NCBI GenBank assembly: GCA_016748015.1
Contig: JAAOMT010000495.1
Span: forward strand, 20,446-84,445
Length of the DNA: 64,000 bases
Reading direction: 5' to 3'
Source of the DNA: Geosiphon pyriformis uo1
Lineage: Eukaryota; Fungi; Glomeromycota
Below, piece after piece: positions 41,299-55,500 of the stretch (the first letter of the stretch is position 1; the number at the start of each line of letters is the position of its first letter). The notes under the pieces are model-generated. The model was given only the letters and a program-made list of their open reading frames with translations, was not told the DNA's origin and did no database searches. A program made the translations under genes and the position numbers.

Positions 41299-42455
41299 GT
41301 GAAAATTCTAAAACCTAAAATTCTCAACGTTTACAAATTTAGAATGCTTAATATTGGAAATGAAAATTTTGCAAAGCATACAGCAAACTGCTTAGACTTG
41401 AATGATTATAGTATTTCGGTTGACAGTTTAAGTGAAAAACCTCGGAATAAAAATAAGCTGGATAAGAATTTCTCAGAAGGTTCATTCCCTATCATTAGAA
41501 CATGAATTATCAAGCGACTTGACGGGTAGCCCGAATAATGATTCCTTTGAAATATTATTTTATAAAGGTGAAGAATCACACAATTTTTTTTAGTATTTAG
41601 GCTCTGTTATTTGATAGGAGTTTTTTGTAAGTCTTTGTCCACGGTATTTTATTTGAAATTTTTCTTGTCTAAAAATCAGTTCACCAAATTCAGTGACCAG
41701 CAAATGAACGAGAAAAAGATTTTCACAAGTCAATTTATTCCCAATGTAAATAATGCCTTTGTTCACGAACTTACTTATAAGACCTTCTTAATATCCCAGA
41801 AGGAGATTTTAATAAAGTTAAAGCAACTTTTTGGCAAGGATTTGGCACCCAATTTTCACTTTTAAAGTCATAGCATTGATGCTGATATAAAATTATTAAC
41901 TTGCACTTGTTGTTTTCTTGGTTTAACTTTGCACTGTAAATACTTTTAGTAAATTTTTTTGGCTCCATTATATGCTTTTATTAGCCGCATTAACCACAAT
42001 GAGAACATTCAAATATGCAAAAATTGGGAGTTTTTACATTCGGCCAATATCGTACTGGAAATTGGGCTTTTGCATACTATATCAATACTCTAATTGGACG
42101 AAAAAAACTAATGATTTACAGGATTACGCAACGTTTTGACAGGATAGTGCAGTGGCAACCATGGATAATTAATAGAAAATATAAGCATCATGCATTAGAA
42201 TAATTCATCGTTAGCTCAAATATCATCAATTTCTGCTATAATGAAGAGAAAATGAAAGAGAATTGTGTATGTTAAATTTTATACATAATGTTAGATGGTT
42301 TTACAGTAAAAAAAAATATATTTTTATCATTTCCGACTTTTTTATAGACCTGTTCGCTAAATTCTAATCCTAATTATTCAATTAAACATTCTGAGTATTC
42401 TAACATACACAATGGTCCATATTATGGACTAATGATGGGGCAATTGCAAATAATT
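41299..42455 (+). pseudogene. Lipase_3 pseudogene retaining the nucleophile Ser codon
   Basis: NFAKHTANCLDLN; FHF*SHSIDA (41854-41883); FTFGQYRTGN; RITQRFD; HHALE*; last exon TCS...HNGPYYG. In-frame stops and a lost splice donor. Confidence 0.8.
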
Positions 42456-45400
42456 TTTAGCATCCCTAAAAGTTAAAACTGGTCTAATAATATTATTATT
42501 ACATGTTAAAATAACAAGGTAAAAAATAGCAGAGAGAGTAATAATAAAATTAAATAAGAAATAAAGAAAGCAAATTGAATATTTTAATTAAGGGAATAAA
42601 TTTTGGGATATCAAAAAAAAATAAAAGCATAGGTTATAAATGTCACATAATATAATTTTATTATTTTAACGGCAAATCTTAAAATTTAATATTAATTTTG
42701 TTTTATTCAAAATCATTTCTCAAATAAAAATTATAGAAATATTTCTCAAGTTAATTTTAATAATACAATTTTCAAAGAAAAAAAGATTAATTATTTTGTT
42801 TATAAGACTAAAAAAAAAAGAAAATGTTTCGGAGTTTAATATCATCAATTTGTGAAATATAAATTATTAAAGAATAAATTTGATTACTAAACAATTGAAT
42901 TATTAAGATTAAGTCTAATTTATTGTGTTTAAAAAATACTCTTAGAGGTGAATTTGAATTATGTGTAAAATAAGAAAACTTTGTAAATTCATTCTAATAA
43001 ATTTATGAGTTTTTCACTTTTAAAATTTATATAAACATCTAAAATATATCTATTAAAGGAGTTAAATTTATTTGCTCTTTCTTCGAATTCCTCCAATTCA
43101 AGTGAACTGAAATTGACACCCATCTCTTCTGCTTTTCGCGCAAAAATAAAACCATCAGAAAATATAAATTTAAACGATAATTGAATGCTATAGAATTCAC
43201 AAAAATCTATTATCTGTAACTTTCAAATTACTTTCTTTAAAGGTAATTTTCTTGATTAGAATATTTTTTCGTGTAAATAATGAATATTAATATAAAACTG
43301 GAGTAAAAATTCAATTATTTTAATTTTCCTGCTTTCGAATCTTTTTCCCTCAATTTATGGGCGCTTTTAAAAAATTGTTTTTTACCTCTTTTTCTGCAAT
43401 TTTAGATTTTCTATTCATTGAGAAATACCATTTTTCATATTTTTTTTCTAATAACAGAATTGCAACTATAAAACTGATGGAAGTGGGAAATCAGCTCACT
43501 ATAGCCCATATTTTCAGAATTTGCGTCTACACCTTCCTTTTAAACGATCAAACATATCTCCCAAAAGATTTTCAGCAGATTTATTTTAATAAAAATGTGA
43601 ACTATGAAAATTCGGATGGTAAGATATCTACGCCAAAGAATTAAAATTAAGAAATTCTAGATTAACTAAAATTATTGATTTTTTGTAATGATTTATTTAA
43701 TATAAAAAATTTAATAATCGCAAAATGGATAGTCAAAATTTTTATACTATTAAGAAAAATTTATTAAATAAAGGAATTTAATTCATATTTTAACAGCAGT
43801 CCATTTTAATTTTATGAAGATCAATGAGATTCAAAATAGATTTAAAAAGTGGTATTGGAAATTTCTTAAAATGATTTTCTAATTATTTTTGAAAAATGAA
43901 CATTATTTGAACATTATTTTTATAAAATTATTATAATTTAACATGATCAATGTAATACCAAATTGAGGATTTGTAGTGTTAACAATGGCAAAAATATAAA
44001 GTATTGGTGTAATAGATTATAATATGTTTTACCAATCAATAAAAAATTATTTTTTTAAAATAAAAATTATTTCAAAATTTAAAATGATGATTGGTAAAGT
44101 AAAAAAAGTTTACAATGTATTGTCTTCTTCTGGTATATATACCATAAATAATGATTTTTTAAATGCATTTTTTTGAAACCAATTACAAAGGAAAAATTTT
44201 ATAAAAGGTGGTAATTTTAAAAAAAATAATAATTTACATGATTTATTTACTATTTATAGATCAATTACAATATATAACAAATCAATATTTTATAATAATT
44301 ATTAATCAATCTTTATAATATTTTTTTTATAAAACTGTTATATTTGATTTAATTTTTTTTCTAATTTATTCATATATAAATATTTTTGAATTAAAATTAA
44401 TCTTATTTTTTTGGTTAATGAAAATAATTTTGAATTAAAAAATTATTTAGAATGCCATTAAACATTTTTAATTAAAGAATATACTAGAACTTTCAAGCTT
44501 AAAGCCAAAGAATGATTAAAATTTTTATGAATTTTCGCTTAAATGGGCCATTATAGTTTGCAGAAATACATTCAGCTGACAAAGATTAACAAGAATTTAA
44601 AGTTTATAAAAGGTTTTACTTAGGTAATCAATATCTTTAGTTTGTGTAGATAAAATGAAATTTTCAAACGTGTTAAAATCAATACTTAGTTCACTTACTC
44701 AAACTTTGAACCATATTAAGAATTTGATTAACATAAATTTGTACCATGTGAAACAATAAATAATAGTAACCAATGATGAATCATGGGAAAACAATTCCAT
44801 CATAAGAAAGAAAGAAAGAAAGAAAGAAAGTAATCGATAAACCTTTATCGTTTCACATTTTACCATTCAAATTTTAAACATGTATTTTAACAAACTGTTT
44901 TGGGTCCGAAAGTAGCGAGGATCCTAAAATTATTCCGCTGTGATAAATATTTATTTTATCAATTTTATCAATTTCATCCATTGAAATTGGAATCATATGG
45001 CCAAAAAAACCGTGAATTGTACCACCGATCTTTTTTTTTAAGTTACTTTAATCAAATAAAGCAAAATCAATACTTAATAAACCCCCGAAAATTTACCTTG
45101 AATTATCTTGAATTTAGAACGACGTAATTTGTTTTTGGAGTGGGAGGGAAGGGAAAAATTTCTTGATTCGAACAAAATCTAAATAATTTCTGATTCTTTG
45201 AATCGAAAGGTCCAAATATATATCTGTCATCATTATAAAAATTTAGTCTTAATTTGAAGAATGATTGTATGGTCAGTAAAAATTGCGAAATTCTAATAGG
45301 AAAAATTTCCCATAAATACAATATTCCCGAGCTTGAAAACGATTTAAAATATCGTCTCCTATCTGTTGGGATATAAATTTTTTGTAAACAAACAATTTTC

Positions 45401-45661
45401 CTATACCATTATCACAGGAAATTAAAAAAGCAAAATTCTTTTCTTGATAAAAGTTTTTGTTTGTAATTCCTTAATAAACGGGGTGAATCTGTATACATAA
45501 ATAGATATCAAAGGATCGATCAAAATAGTTTCTAGGTGTTTCTAAACTTTTCTTCATAAAAACAAACTTAAAGAGATTATAACATTTTAAAAAGAATTAG
45601 AAAATTTCGAGGAGTTTTTTTTTTTTTTTTTTTTTTTTCACACAGCAATAACACATTGATC

Positions 45662-47337
45662 ATGAAATATTTTTTGATTGACTCTTTATCTTTTCTTAAA
45701 AATCTTGCTGATTCTTTACTATTGAATTCAAATTTAATTGTTGAAAAGGGTCAAAATTTTAATCGATATAATTATTTTAAAAAAATTATTTTGATTCTCA
45801 TAATAGGTATAATATGGTTAAATCTAATAATAAAACTTCAAAAGAATACAACCACCGAGACGACACCTTTTAACGAATATCTTTCACGAACGAAAACCCG
45901 AATACAAGGCATTAATCCCCAGAACTCGTTAATAAATAATCAAATTGAGCATTTCCTAAAAAATCGAACATTGAAAAATGGAGAGAGAGCAAATCTAAAA
46001 ATCGTTACAAAACCTTCTTACAGAAAAATTAAACGTTCTTTAAAAATATTGCCGATTAGTAATACTGAAACTTTAAGATTTTTAAGGAAATACGCTCAAT
46101 TCGCTAATCTTCCATATTGTCGTGAAAATAATCAAGTCGGTATTCATGCTCAAAGACGAGATGTAATAGGTAAAAAGATCAATCCATCCATCAATCAATC
46201 AATCAATCAATCAATTAAATGACTGCAATGAGTTATTTAATCATTTCGATTACTGATTTCATTGATGAATAAATATTTTTTTTTAGCTGATGTTTTTATG
46301 AATGAGCAGACGTATGAGATTGTGGCGTACTTTAGAGGTTATTATTTTTAATAGGCTCAAAAAAGTTGAATTTTTGAGGGTTTGATTTGGAAATAAAATT
46401 TTTGAAAAAATTTAGGTGAATTCTTGACTGAAGCTCAATGGCAAGCAAGAATCAGTCGTGTCACAACCTTGGTCTCAACTTATCCAGAAGATATGGTCAC
46501 CTTAGTTGATAAATATTGGATCGAACATGTTAATGCAATGACACCATCTTTATTAGAAAGAATTCGAGAACTTTTAAAGCTTGTCAAAGAAAAGCATGGT
46601 GGTTTTGACAAGAGAATACCCATCAGTTTTACTGGGCATGGAATTGGTGGTGGTAAGCAGTTTAATGATTTCTTATCAAACTTTAAAAGATTTAAATAAA
46701 TAAATGTAATATTTAAAAATGTTTTTTTTTTATGTTTTCAGCCTATGCAGTATTATCAGCATTAAGGTTTAACCAAGCAATACATACAACAAATGGTTGG
46801 CCTGTAAATTTAATTAGCATTAACACAGTCACTTTTGGTGAACCACGTATTGGAGATGAGTCATTTGCAAAACGCGTAAATAGAGAATTAAATGTTTTTC
46901 GCGTAACTCACACAAATGACTACTTTCCACACTATCCAAAGGGAGGATTTCGTCATCACGACATCGAATATTGGTTCTCTGACCAAGATTGCAATTGCTC
47001 TCATGCTGAAGATTCTCAGATTAAGGTGTTAAAATGTACTGGCGATGGTGGACCAAATGGTGAAAGCGGTGAAAATCCGGTAATTATTCCCAAAAGCTCT
47101 TTTGATTTTCTTTTTCAAGTTTTCGAACGCTTCTTTTAAGAGTGATATATATATATATGTTTTTTCTTTCTTGATTATTAGAATTGTAATTTAGGACAAG
47201 AAAGTACGAAAGAAAATGCTAGAGCACATATTGGACCTTATTTTGATATTGTTATAGGGAGCTGCGAAATAACAAATAATTTACCATTCAGTTTATACTT
47301 TTTAGAAGATAAAATGATACCTCTTCATGTTAATTAA
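45662..47337 (+). CDS. Lipase class 3-like protein, Ser to Gly (copy 8, 429 aa)
   Basis: Exons 45662-46169, 46287-46337, 46416-46652, 46742-47079, 47182-47337. Internal hydrophobic anchor, AQFANLPYC, VAYFRGE, FTGHGIGG/AYA, VTFGEPRIG, RVTHTNDYFPHYP, HHDIEYWF, NCN, HIGPYF. Confidence 0.9.
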
Positions 47338-47918
47338 AGTAGAAATATAATGTTAATGGAATAAATATAATGTTAAAACAAAAAATATAATGGGAATGCG
47401 TTGAAAGAAATTTGGCCGATTAAATCCTTATGATGATCTATACTATAAACTCAATCAGAATTTTATTTTGAAAGAATGTAGATATTCACTTAAAATAGTT
47501 AAAATTAGTGGTTGCCCCTTTTTAAATTTTTAGTTTGTGGGTAACACTTAAAAATACATGTAGAACCACAATTATCTCCTTGTTTTTCTTAAATATTATT
47601 TCTTGCAGCTCTATTAAAGTAAAAGTTTTATATTAATTAATTATGATAAAATATATATGTATACAAAGAATAAATTCGATAATTTTATAATTAATCTTTA
47701 ACATTTAAATTGTCGCTAGATAAAAGTAAATAATCCCAATAATTTAAATACATGAGGTATAAATTAACCTTATTAAAGTATTCACAACTCTCACTGCAAG
47801 ATGATAATGAAATTTATTTATATGAAAAAAGGGTTTTTTACTATATTAATAGAATTTTTTCGCTATAAATAGATAAAAATTTAAAAGAAAATCTAAATCG
47901 CGAAATAAAAAAGTATCA

Positions 47919-48092
47919 ATGATGAATTCTAATTTTTCTTCTTTTACAACTAATAATAACTCCCAAATTTTCCGAAATTTGATAAAATTGTTGTTTTTGG
48001 TGATTCAAATTCAAGTAAGGAATGAACATCAAAAAATACATTAGTAGTGGTAAGAAATGATTTTTCAAAAAAATTTGATTTATTATTCAAAA

Positions 48093-48133
<41 letters not shown>

Positions 48134-48651
48134 ATAAATAATTTTTCCCTTTTTTTTTTCAGCCATGGTTAACAATTAATGATTACTACTTTACTGACTT
48201 TAAAGTGGAACCATATGATGTTGTAATGCATATGGTTTTATCCTGGGAAAAACTCTATGAAGCTGGTATCCGAAACTTTTTACTTCCAACTAATTTCGAT
48301 TTAGTCTCTCAACCGGCATACAAAGCTTCTTCACAATCTTTTATCAAAAACCTTGATGAAATTACGAGAAAAGATATTTCTATTTTCAAAATTGAAGCTC
48401 AAAAATTTAAGGATAATCATAAGGATACCAAAATTTATATATTTGAGACGGCGGAATTTTTTAATCGATTAATGTCTACCCTAGTATCCCTTGATTCAGA
48501 ATATAATATTAGAGACGAATGTGTTATTTCTGACGATAATACTCTACACGTTAACCCAAATACTAAAAAACATTTTTTCTTTGACGCTTATCATCCTGAA
48601 ACTAGAATTCATGCTGCCCTTGCCCTTGGCTTCGCATTTGCTCTTTGTTAA
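47919..48651 (+). pseudogene. GDSL/SGNH hydrolase (CE16-like acetylesterase), truncated and frameshifted
   Basis: FDKIVVFGDSNS (block I, 47978-48013), WLTINDYY (block III), KLYEAGIRNFLL, FFFDAYHP (block V). Block II is absent and the signal-peptide-like segment is out of frame with block I. Confidence 0.75.
48093..48131. repeat. (ATT)n microsatellite in the GDSL intron
   Basis: Tandem ATT units. Confidence 0.9.
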
Positions 48652-49175
48652 TTGTAACAAAAATAATAATTATGAATAAATTTAGGAAAATATTTTCAGA
48701 ATGATTTAAATTTTTAAATATATTTTCGTATACAATTGAACCAGGGAATCTTTAAACTTGTAAATGTTCATTTTTTGATTTATAACATATCATGTCTATC
48801 CTAAAATTTGTGTGTACTCGACTAGGAGAAAGTATCAGCAGTTTCAAGAAACATAATCCAATTAAAGACATTATTCCTCGATATGCAATTTACATTTGAT
48901 TCGCGTCTAAAATTACCATATTTATTTTTAAGGTTTGATTCTTGAGGAAAAAAGTAAATGGGAGTCGATAATCGTTATCTTAATCTATATCTCATCAAAT
49001 GAAATGAATCTAATCGATTAACAAGAAATACATGTCCATTTTTTATATAGATCTTTTTAGATAATCTTCCCAAAGATAATGTAATTTAATAATCTCAAAA
49101 ATCATTAAATTCTTTACAAAGTTATTAATTTTTAAGCACAACACACAAATTTTGAAGAATCAAATTAATTCTAAT

Positions 49176-50621
49176 ATGGTTTATTGTTCATCAAAAAGAA
49201 AATTAGCTACCCAAATTTTAACAAAGATATATAAAAAAAGATATAGACAAAAACATTTTCTATTGATATTTTTTTTATTTTTTACCATCATAAAATCAGC
49301 TCATGAAGAAGATAAAAGAAAAGAAAAAAATTGGCTGGTCAAACCATATTTTTTAATATCTAGAGGAAAAGCGAAATTTCAATCAAACTCATTCAAAAAC
49401 ATTCTTGATAGAGAAAATTCTTATTCATCTCCTTTTCACCATAAAATTTCTGAAAGATTTAAAAGAAATCTTCCAAGCTATGTGACAAACATACCCATGC
49501 CTAAATCACTAGTGACAGATCCATTGCTATTAAAATTTTTTAAAAGGACTGCAATTTACGCAAATATACCTTATTGCAATAATGCTAATGAAATTGGTCA
49601 AGAACATGAAGACGTTATTGGTTGGTCACAAAACTATTTGATCATCATCTTTCATATTTTATCTTTGTTCATTCCTTAATACTAATTTCTCGTATTTTTT
49701 TCTTTTTTAGCCGATATTTTTAAAAATGAAAATACTGGAGAAATTGTGGCTTATTTCCGAGGACCACAAATAACAGTTGGAAAAAAAGTCACAAAAGCAT
49801 CCAGGGTTGAACTTTTCTCCGAAACGCGCCCTATTTCTTTCAGCATTGATTCAATATTGACAAAGGCCCTTTCTGAAACAATAATTACGAGAATGATTGA
49901 TAAAATTTCTCTTTTAAGTAAAAATCAAACAAAAATAACAACAGGAACAGCAACCAATGAATCAATCAAAGTTTACATGACTGGTCATGGAATAGGAGGA
50001 GGTGAGAATAAATGTGATTTTTAGAAAAGTGAAATAAAACCTTTATAAAATCAAATTAAGTTTAAAATCTAAAATTTTAAGGTTATGCAGCGTTATTGGG
50101 AATTATAATGGGCGCAAATATAAACGTCGACAAATATGCTAAAATGAAATTCGATTTCCGTCCACTTTATATCTATATTGTAACTTTTGGTCAATCGCGT
50201 ATTGGTGATAAGCAATTAGCAAGCTTAGCGAATCGGATGGGTCATTGGAATCCTTTTTTTAAAATCTATCGTGTGACTAATTCCAATGATTTTGCTCCAC
50301 ACCAGCCAAGTTTCACAGAGGAAGGTGCCAAATTAATACATTTTGGAAAAGAATATTGGATCTCGGATTCTTGTAATTGTACAAATTTTTACGTTTGCCC
50401 TGGTGATTATTTACTTGGTGAAGTTCCCTATGGGGAGAGTGAGGTGAAATCAAAAGTAAAAATTTTCAGTCTCATTTTTATTTTCTTTTTACAAAATTTT
50501 TTTATATTTTTATATTTTTTGACAGGAATGCAATTTAAGCACCGATGGTTTAGGCTTTAATGAACATTTCGGTCCCTACTTTGGTACAACATTTGGAGAT
50601 TGTTCTAATTTTTCCTTATAA
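49176..50621 (+). CDS. Lipase class 3-like protein, Ser to Gly (copy 9, 397 aa)
   Basis: Exons 49176-49620, 49711-50001, 50082-50443, 50526-50621. AIYANIPYC, VAYFRGP, MTGHGIGG/GYA, VTFGQSRIG, RVTNSNDFAPH, HFGKEYWI, ECN, HFGPYFG. Confidence 0.9.
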
Positions 50622-52549
50622 AAATAGTAATCTTCTTATTGGAGATATCTTAATCCCAATGCATTAATATATAATATTAGGAAGCATTACCTTCTCTGGA
50701 AGTTTTTACCAACCCATTAAAATACCCAGAAACACAGTTTTTCTTTTCCCATACTTCCTTTTCAAAATTATAGTTTGGCAATTTCAGTTTGTATTGCGGT
50801 GATTATTTACAGGGTTAAGGTGCATTAAGTAAGAGAATTAATAGATGAAAAGATAAAATGCGTGACAAAAGGAATAAATGAGAGTTGTGGGATACCAAAA
50901 AAAAACATTTATGCATCGATCTTTTCTGCAAGGGGGTTGGTAACGCAACAAAATTTTGCTGATAGTGTTACTACCATTACTTTTGAAAAGACTGCACGAT
51001 TCACAAAAATTTTATTATACTTGAAAATTCGGAAAATGAGATTATAATTTAAATGTAAAGTTTATGTTTTATATTAGAATTAATGAATCATGAATTTTAT
51101 CATTCTTGTATATCATTTAAATTTAATTAAAAGGTATTATGCATTATTATTTATTTTTTAAGTAAGTAATCTCATAATTTAATTTGAGATTAAATTAATA
51201 ATAATAATAATAATAAATTATTCATAACAAAATTAAAAAAATTCTTTTAAATACGCTACAAGTTATCAATAGTGAAAACCACTCTTTGAAAATTTTAAAT
51301 GAATTGAATATTAAACAAAATGAGCTCATGAGGTCTTTGTTTTTTTATCTATTAGGATTAAAAAAAATTATTGATCTTTGAATGAGTATAAAAAGGAATT
51401 AAAACTTATGATAAAATATTCACATATCAAAAATTTTAAAAAAAGCAGAATTGAATGCCAAAAAACTTATGACTGGTTTCATAAAAAAATTATAAAAATT
51501 ATAAAAGATGGCTCTCTCTTACCTAGATTAATTAACATTGACGTACTTTATACAAATTTTTTATCACTAGAAAATATTAAAACCAGCTCATAAGCTCATT
51601 TACAATATCACTTTTTTATTGATTTTAACAAAGAAATTGGATTGGCTATCAATTGGAACCCTTTAGATATCTTCAAAAGTCGTTTTATAACCATAGCTTG
51701 TGAAGTCTCAAATAAATCCAAGTTATCTAATTAAAATACAACGATGTACACAATGGAATCGTGCTTATTAATATTTGCAACTTTTAAGATTATAAAATAA
51801 CTTTAAAAAAGAAATGTCCTTGACCATTTTGGATCAAACCATTAGTTTTAAGCAATTTAAAAGATATTTTCTATTTCTCTTTCTCTTTCTATTTCTTTGG
51901 CAAGATTTAAATTAAGCAACCTTTTTGATTCTGAAAATATATTGATAATTTTTATTTGTCCTTTTGCCTTTTTAGACTTACTGTTTTCTTATGATCGAGA
52001 ACTCTTAAAAACATTAAAAGACGTAATATGATGTTAATTCCTATCACCTCTTGCTTTGTGAGATCTTTTTTCAATATGTTAAGACGGACCATTTGTTGTC
52101 AAATAGCATATTAAAACAAATTAGTTAAATTTGTCCAACTAAGAGAAGTTGAATTTAGATATATTGAAAATATTTTAAAAACTTCAAACTTAGTGGAAGA
52201 TGACAAAATTGAAGATCTTAAGTGAAATAAATTGTAAATTGTAAATGACAAAAAATTTAGGATTACATTATAATATTTCCAATGAACAAAAAAAAGAGAA
52301 AATTGTTTAATATCCTAAAGAAAATTTGATCTTGATAATAAATAAAAACTTATGATCAATTTCAATGTTAAAATTATAACATTTAAAAATATGAAACATT
52401 CAATTTACAAGTAAATAAAAAATAACAAGGTGTTGTTATCTAGCAAAACAAAAAACATTTAATTAAGACTTTAGTTGTTAAATTTATTCATGTAATTAAT
52501 TATTAGAAATTCTATAAATTTTACATTAACTGCTAGTATAACTCAAAGT

Positions 52550-55500
52550 CAAAAAAAAAGTTCTTATTACGTGTACATCCCACAAGAATTTTCGGAATAA
52601 ATAAAATCTTTGTTTTGACTTTCTAACTTCAATATGATTTAATATAATAAAGTTTTACCAATCTATGCTCTAGTGAGATAATATCAATAATTTCTGATTA
52701 AATTCAATAATCAGATCATCAAAATTACTATTTGTATATATTTGTTCCCCCTCCCCCCAATGCGCAGCATACAGCCTTTTTATTATCTTCAAATTAAAAT
52801 CGGATAATCTCTTGTTTGTTTATTCTCATGATCTCTAAGAAGAGCTTAAGATAAATCTTTGATTATTTGGTTGGTTTTACTTTAATTTACCCTTTTAATC
52901 AGCCATTTTCCCCTTTAAAAAGCAAAATTCTTTTACAAATCTTAAAAATGAACTTTAAAAGCTCCATTCTTTTATACCATTTAACGCATCGAATAAGAGG
53001 GGATAAGTGTAATCAGCAAACTCTTTTCTTTAGAATTTTCATGGTTTTTATTGCATTTTTAGCCTTTACTGGGTATTCTAATAATGCAACACCTATATTA
53101 AACGGTAACCTAAATAATACCCAAGTGGATCCAACGTATTTCTTTCCAGATATTGGCAGTATCACAGATTCTTTTATAAGTGAAGTTCTCGCATTAGATA
53201 TCAATAAAAATGATAAGGCTTATCAAAGCCAGATTTTTGCGAAAACTACCGATGGCCTTGGATCCATCAACGTTGACCAAGTCCAGAATTCTCCAAGTGA
53301 TCCAAACAACGATTTAATCACTATTATTGCTGACGATGATTCATCCCTTGAAATTCCTAACGATGATCAATTCACTGGAATTAACGATCAATTTGCAACA
53401 AATACATTAAGTTCAATGGATTCGAGTTTACCAACTTTAGAGAATGAACCCGACAAAGAGCTAGGGCCAGAGCTTCCTCCCCTAGGATTTGATATTAATA
53501 CGGAACTAGAAACTAGAGAACCTGTAGTAAATTCTAATTCATTTACTAGCAACTTCGGAGATCTCTTCCGAAATAATTGGGACAAAGAAAAAATTACAGT
53601 CGAAAGTTGGAGTGATACTGCCAAACACATCAAATTTAATGCCAGATTAGCAAATGCAGCTTACTGTAATAATTCCAAGGTGTCAATTCGGTATTTTGGT
53701 AAATTGAATTTCACATCTTTTCTTCTTACACTTCTCACAAAAAAATTTTCTTGACAATTTTTTTATCTCTTAGATAATCATAATTCTGAGGCACAAATTC
53801 TTTTTGCTGCGTTTGCTGGTGTTGGATTTGAGTTGCGGAACTTTGTAGAAACCAAAGATATAGCTCAAGTGCAATATCCTTTTTGGGATGATGAAAAGCT
53901 TTATCATCAAAAATATTATCCTTCTGGATGGGACAAACAAAAGGTTCACAAAGGAATTTATAACCTATGGCGACCAGCACAGGAAAAATTTATAGAAAAA
54001 ATGGAATCTATGTCTGAATTGAATAATGCCATTATTCAGTTGGTTGGGCATGGACTTGGTGGAGGTACCACATCAGAAATTCTCATATTTTTCAAATAAT
54101 TCTTATCAAAACTATTTCTCACCCTTGAAATATTGATTTGCAAAAGCATATGCCTTATTTGCGGGGTTGGCCTTTCTATCAAAGCATGAAGACCGAAAGA
54201 TGACAATTTATACTTTTGGAGAACCAAGACTAGGAAACAAGCACTTTGCTGGACTTATCAACAATCTAATCAAAGAAAAACGACTTGATGTTTTCCGAGG
54301 AACAACACCCGGTGATCCAATCATTCATTGGCCAAATTTACCCAATTTAGATTTTATAGCCGATTCAAAAGGTCAAATCCCATCGAATATTCGCTACCAG
54401 CATCATCAAAAGGAGTTTATGTATGTGTCAGAAACAGATAGATTATATGAATGTAAAATTCCTACATCAGGAGAAGAAAACAAAGTAAGCATTTTTTTTC
54501 TACTAGTATTTCGATTGATGTTTACTCTAATATAATCTTATTCTTGAACTCCACTATTTTTCTATAATATTAAGGACTGTGCNNNNNNNNNNNNNNNNNN
54601 NNCAAAAAAAAAGTTCTTATTACGTGTACATCCCACAAGAATTTTCGGAATAAATAAAATCTTTGTTTTGACTTTCTAACTTCAATATGATTTAATATAA
54701 TAAAGTTTTACCAATCTATGCTCTAGTGAGATAATATCAATAATTTCTGATTAAATTCAATAATCAGATCATCAAAATTACTATTTGTATATATTTGTTC
54801 CCCCTCCCCCCAATGCGCAGCATACAGCCTTTTTATTATCTTCAAATTAAAATCGGATAATCTCTTGTTTGTTTATTCTCATGATCTCTAAGAAGAGCTT
54901 AAGATAAATCTTTGATTATTTGGTTGGTTTTACTTTAATTTACCCTTTTAATCAGCCATTTTCCCCTTTAAAAAGCAAAATTCTTTTACAAATCTTAAAA
55001 ATGAACTTTAAAAGCTCCATTCTTTTATACCATTTAACGCATCGAATAAGAGGGGATAAGTGTAATCAGCAAACTCTTTTCTTTAGAATTTTCATGGTTT
55101 TTATTGCATTTTTAGCCTTTACTGGGTATTCTAATAATGCAACACCTATATTAAACGGTAACCTAAATAATACCCAAGTGGATCCAACGTATTTCTTTCC
55201 AGATATTGGCAGTATCACAGATTCTTTTATAAGTGAAGTTCTCGCATTAGATATCAATAAAAATGATAAGGCTTATCAAAGCCAGATTTTTGCGAAAACT
55301 ACCGATGGCCTTGGATCCATCAACGTTGACCAAGTCCAGAATTCTCCAAGTGATCCAAACAACGATTTAATCACTATTATTGCTGACGATGATTCATCCC
55401 TTGAAATTCCTAACGATGATCAATTCACTGGAATTAACGATCAATTTGCAACAAATACATTAAGTTCAATGGATTCGAGTTTACCAACTTTAGAGAATGA

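Noticed and set aside
43357-45321. ORFs 43357-43644, 44900-45127 and 45103-45321
   Set aside because: No recognisable motif or splice-consistent gene model.
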